This document shows, piece after piece, positions 60,899-64,000 of a stretch of 64,000 bases of DNA (positions are counted from its first letter, which is position 1; every line of letters begins with the position of its first letter). A program made the position numbers and the translations under genes. The stretch comes from Chrysomallon squamiferum. Lineage: Eukaryota > Animalia > Mollusca. The DNA lies in assembly GCA_012295275.1 (NCBI GenBank), contig CM022669.1, forward strand, positions 8,432,001-8,496,000, given 5' to 3'. Under the pieces are notes generated by a model. That model did no database searches. It saw only the letters and a program-made list of their open reading frames with translations, and had not been told where the DNA came from.

Positions 60899-63152
60899 AT
60901 AAAAAGAACAACGTACTTTACTAATAAGTTCTGTTCCACTTCCTAGACTGACCACCTTCGACCAACAACTAATACACGCCTACCACAAATCGACATTCAT
61001 TTTTCAGACTTAATGTCGACTTCTCCGATAAAATGCAAAACATGTAAACAGTCGACAGCGCCATCTGAACAGCTACCCCGGCGGGGACGAAACGAGCCAC
61101 GAAACAAATGACTGAACATTTTTAACAAAATGACCTACTCCTACGGGAGCAAAGCTTAAATTGTTTTTAACTGCCTCCGTTGGGAATCGGCAAGACTGAA
61201 TTGTCATGCGTTATTTTGGATTTGCATGCACTTGCCAAGGTGTATTAATCTGAAAGTTATTTAATCGCAGGGTAAGAGAAGATTTGATTACGAAAGCCCA
61301 CCGAGACGGCGTCAAGATTTCCGAGAAGTGATGCCGTCGTTGCTGTAGAAGTTTCAGAACAAAATGAATTAATGGAGAAAAAAAAAAAAATAAAAATAAA
61401 ATAAAACAAACAAATTTAAGGATATTTTAAATAATTTATGTTGCTTTAAATAGATCTGTTCCGTTACTTTTATTTTATTTTCGTTTTTTTTTTTTTTTTT
61501 TGTGAATCTAGCAGCATTTTTTACAGCTTACACGTAAAACATTTCCCATTCTAACAAGTGCTCCCTGACTACTAATGAAAAGCAAAGAAAGCTTTATGTT
61601 GTATTTGTCATGACGAATGTACATATCACGGAGATAAATGTTACTGTTATAAATTTACAAAGCCGTCGCTGATTGGAGAACGTGTTCAAGTGTCCTGGAG
61701 TCTTTAGACAAATAATCCTTCCCTTCCTTCCTTCCTTCCTTCGAATACCCATTGATTGATCCGCAGCCGCAGCCGATCAGGTGGATCGCACACAACAACG
61801 TTCAGTGGACAATCAACAAATGAAAATTTCTCATGAATAGAAAGGATCGCGTAATGAAATGTGGCGTGGAGACCAAACTATCATTCTCCGGTAAATTGGG
61901 CTCATTTGCGGTTATTTCTGGTCTTTTGTACGGCCTCCCAGTTGGGATGTTTCGACGATAAACGACCATGTTAATTACAACTGGCTGACTGAAACGCTTG
62001 AAGCCGCCGGTCGCGACTTATTAGAAGCAGTCTAAGGTGACGTCTGAGTGACAGCGTCTTGAAAGAATGGTCATGTTTGAGGAATCCGTGGTAGCCCCAT
62101 CTACAAACACGGACCCTCATAGCGCTGCGGGGAAAATATTAATGAAAAATGGGATTTAGTAGCGGCGCATCAGTACCGCGGTTGTAAGAGAATACGGGCG
62201 TTGAGGGCGATTTGCGAACACGGTTTATGAGATACGGATAATAATACTTTCCAGAAAAGTGATCGTCTGTTTCAATAGAGTTTCTGAAGATCTAATCACT
62301 CAGAAAGAAATGTTTGAATAAAGGAATTCGCTCAAAGTAGTTTATTTGTTTGCGCTATAAAGCAGATTATTTCTGAATGCTGTCTCTCTCTCTCTCTCTG
62401 TGTGTGTTTCTTTCTGAATGTGTGTGTTCGTGTAATGCATACGTGCGTGCTTTTCTGTGTGTGTGTCAAAAGTGTGTCACAGCATATAACGTGAAACTAA
62501 CAGTTCGTTTCATTTTCATTTCCTTCCTTCCTGTCTTTTTTTTTTTTTTTTTTCAGTAATCTAATTATTTTTGATGACTAAGCTTTTAAATTTGACACTC
62601 TGAAAGCCTTTTTTTGAGATTAAAAGAAAGAAGAAAAACATTCCGATGAATCACTTGACAGTTATAATAGGACCATGTAGCCACGCGGGATTTGAACCGC
62701 TGACCGCCAAATTGACAAATACAAATTAAAATTATCAAACAGTGTATTTTTTTTTAACGTGGCTAATTTGATAAACTCATTTCATCATCTCCTGTCATTT
62801 ACGAGAAAACGCTAGAAATATGTATAGATTTTTTTTTTTTTTTTTTTTTTTTCATTATCCTAGTTATTTCATTTTTCAGTTATTTGTTTTTATATACTCA
62901 TCCCAGTTAACCACTCTTGTCTTGTAGGCACTCGCTGGTCTGTTTACAAACCACACCGGGGTTCTCTAACCGGTCTGCAGATATGTGATGTGTATTTACT
63001 TCTCTACAGGAAAGAGCATGTTAAGATTTCTTTCTGTTAACAGATAGACACAAAAGTGACAGCAATGGTTTTTAGGTGGGATTTTTTTTTCTTCTTCTTC
63101 TTTTTATTATTTTTTTTTCTTTTTTTTTGTGGTGAGAGTGTTTTTGGTTTTA

Positions 63153-63283
<131 letters not shown>

Positions 63284-63374
63284 ACTCAGATAACGCAAAT
63301 AATCAAGCTGGACCTCGAATGATCATTCACAGAAAACATAAATGTATTCAGGTGCAGTTTAGCTTTCTCAATGT

Positions 63375-63556
63375 TATTCATCCATTTATTCATCCATCGA
63401 TCCGTATCTCCTGTCCATCCATCCGTCTAGTCGTCTGTTTATCCATTCATTGATCCTTCTATCCATTCATCCATTTATCCATTCATTGACCCTTCTATCC
63501 ATTCATCCATTTATCCATTCATCCTTTCATCATTCTGTCTATCCACCATTTATCCA
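63375..63556. repeat. Degenerate (CCAT/TCAT)n tetranucleotide array
   Basis: Direct inspection; a similar array lies at ~3940-4145. Confidence 0.85.
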
Positions 63557-64000
63557 CAGGTTTTTCGTATCAGTTCATTACAATAATGAAAACTATAATA
63601 GTGTAAAATAGGTACAAGTCTGGATACTTTGTTCATTAGCTTAACGAGAGGAAAGAGAAGGCGAAATCAAACGATAAAAATGTATTCCACAGAGATGTGT
63701 TTCTTTGGGTTACTGGGTTATTATACCAGTACCAACTGTACAACTAGTACACTCGTGGTTTTTTTTACTGGCTGACTCCCTTTAAGAACTGTACCGTAAT
63801 TAAAAATTTAAAGAATAAAATCTTAAAAACATAACGGTGAATAAAATGAAAAGAAAAAGAGAGAAAGTAAACAATATTCTCTTTCATTTGAAAAAACACG
63901 TGCAGTAAAAATAATAATAGATAAGATAAAATAAGAATTTTAATTTTTTTTTTTTTTTATCTGTCTGTTTATCTGTCTGTCTGTCTGTCGTTCTCTGACC

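Overview
AT-rich, microsatellite-dense animal genomic DNA, most likely a mollusc (gastropod-like; inferred from repeat types and protein style, not proven). Almost all ORF-track entries are translations of simple repeats. One real protein-coding gene can be rebuilt by hand on the + strand: a Dpr/ZIG-8-like two-Ig-domain, probably GPI-anchored cell-surface protein. It has six visible coding exons (6109-6254, 17604-17847, 18588-18608, 23093-23383, 26534-26557, 27444-27571). All introns are GT-AG with consistent phases, and two of the exons are frame-preserving microexons (21 and 24 nt) that the ORF track misses. The signal-peptide exon was not found and probably lies upstream of the window. Downstream is a dead Tc1 (DD34E-type) transposon with both TIRs (32922-34332). 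There are many decayed copies of a tRNA-headed SINE, several minisatellites with higher-order structure, perfect palindromes and a complex local duplication at ~47 kb. By eye, the left ~40 kb is CpG-depleted while the right ~21 kb retains CpG, has no recognisable gene and carries promoter/enhancer-like motif clusters. The best candidate for something undescribed is the modular splicing architecture of the Dpr-like gene: three consecutive phase-1/1 cassettes, a microexon carrying a glycosylation site plus a dibasic site just before the GPI signal, and an inverted 22-nt pair flanking the Ig2 exon. All functional claims are hypotheses.
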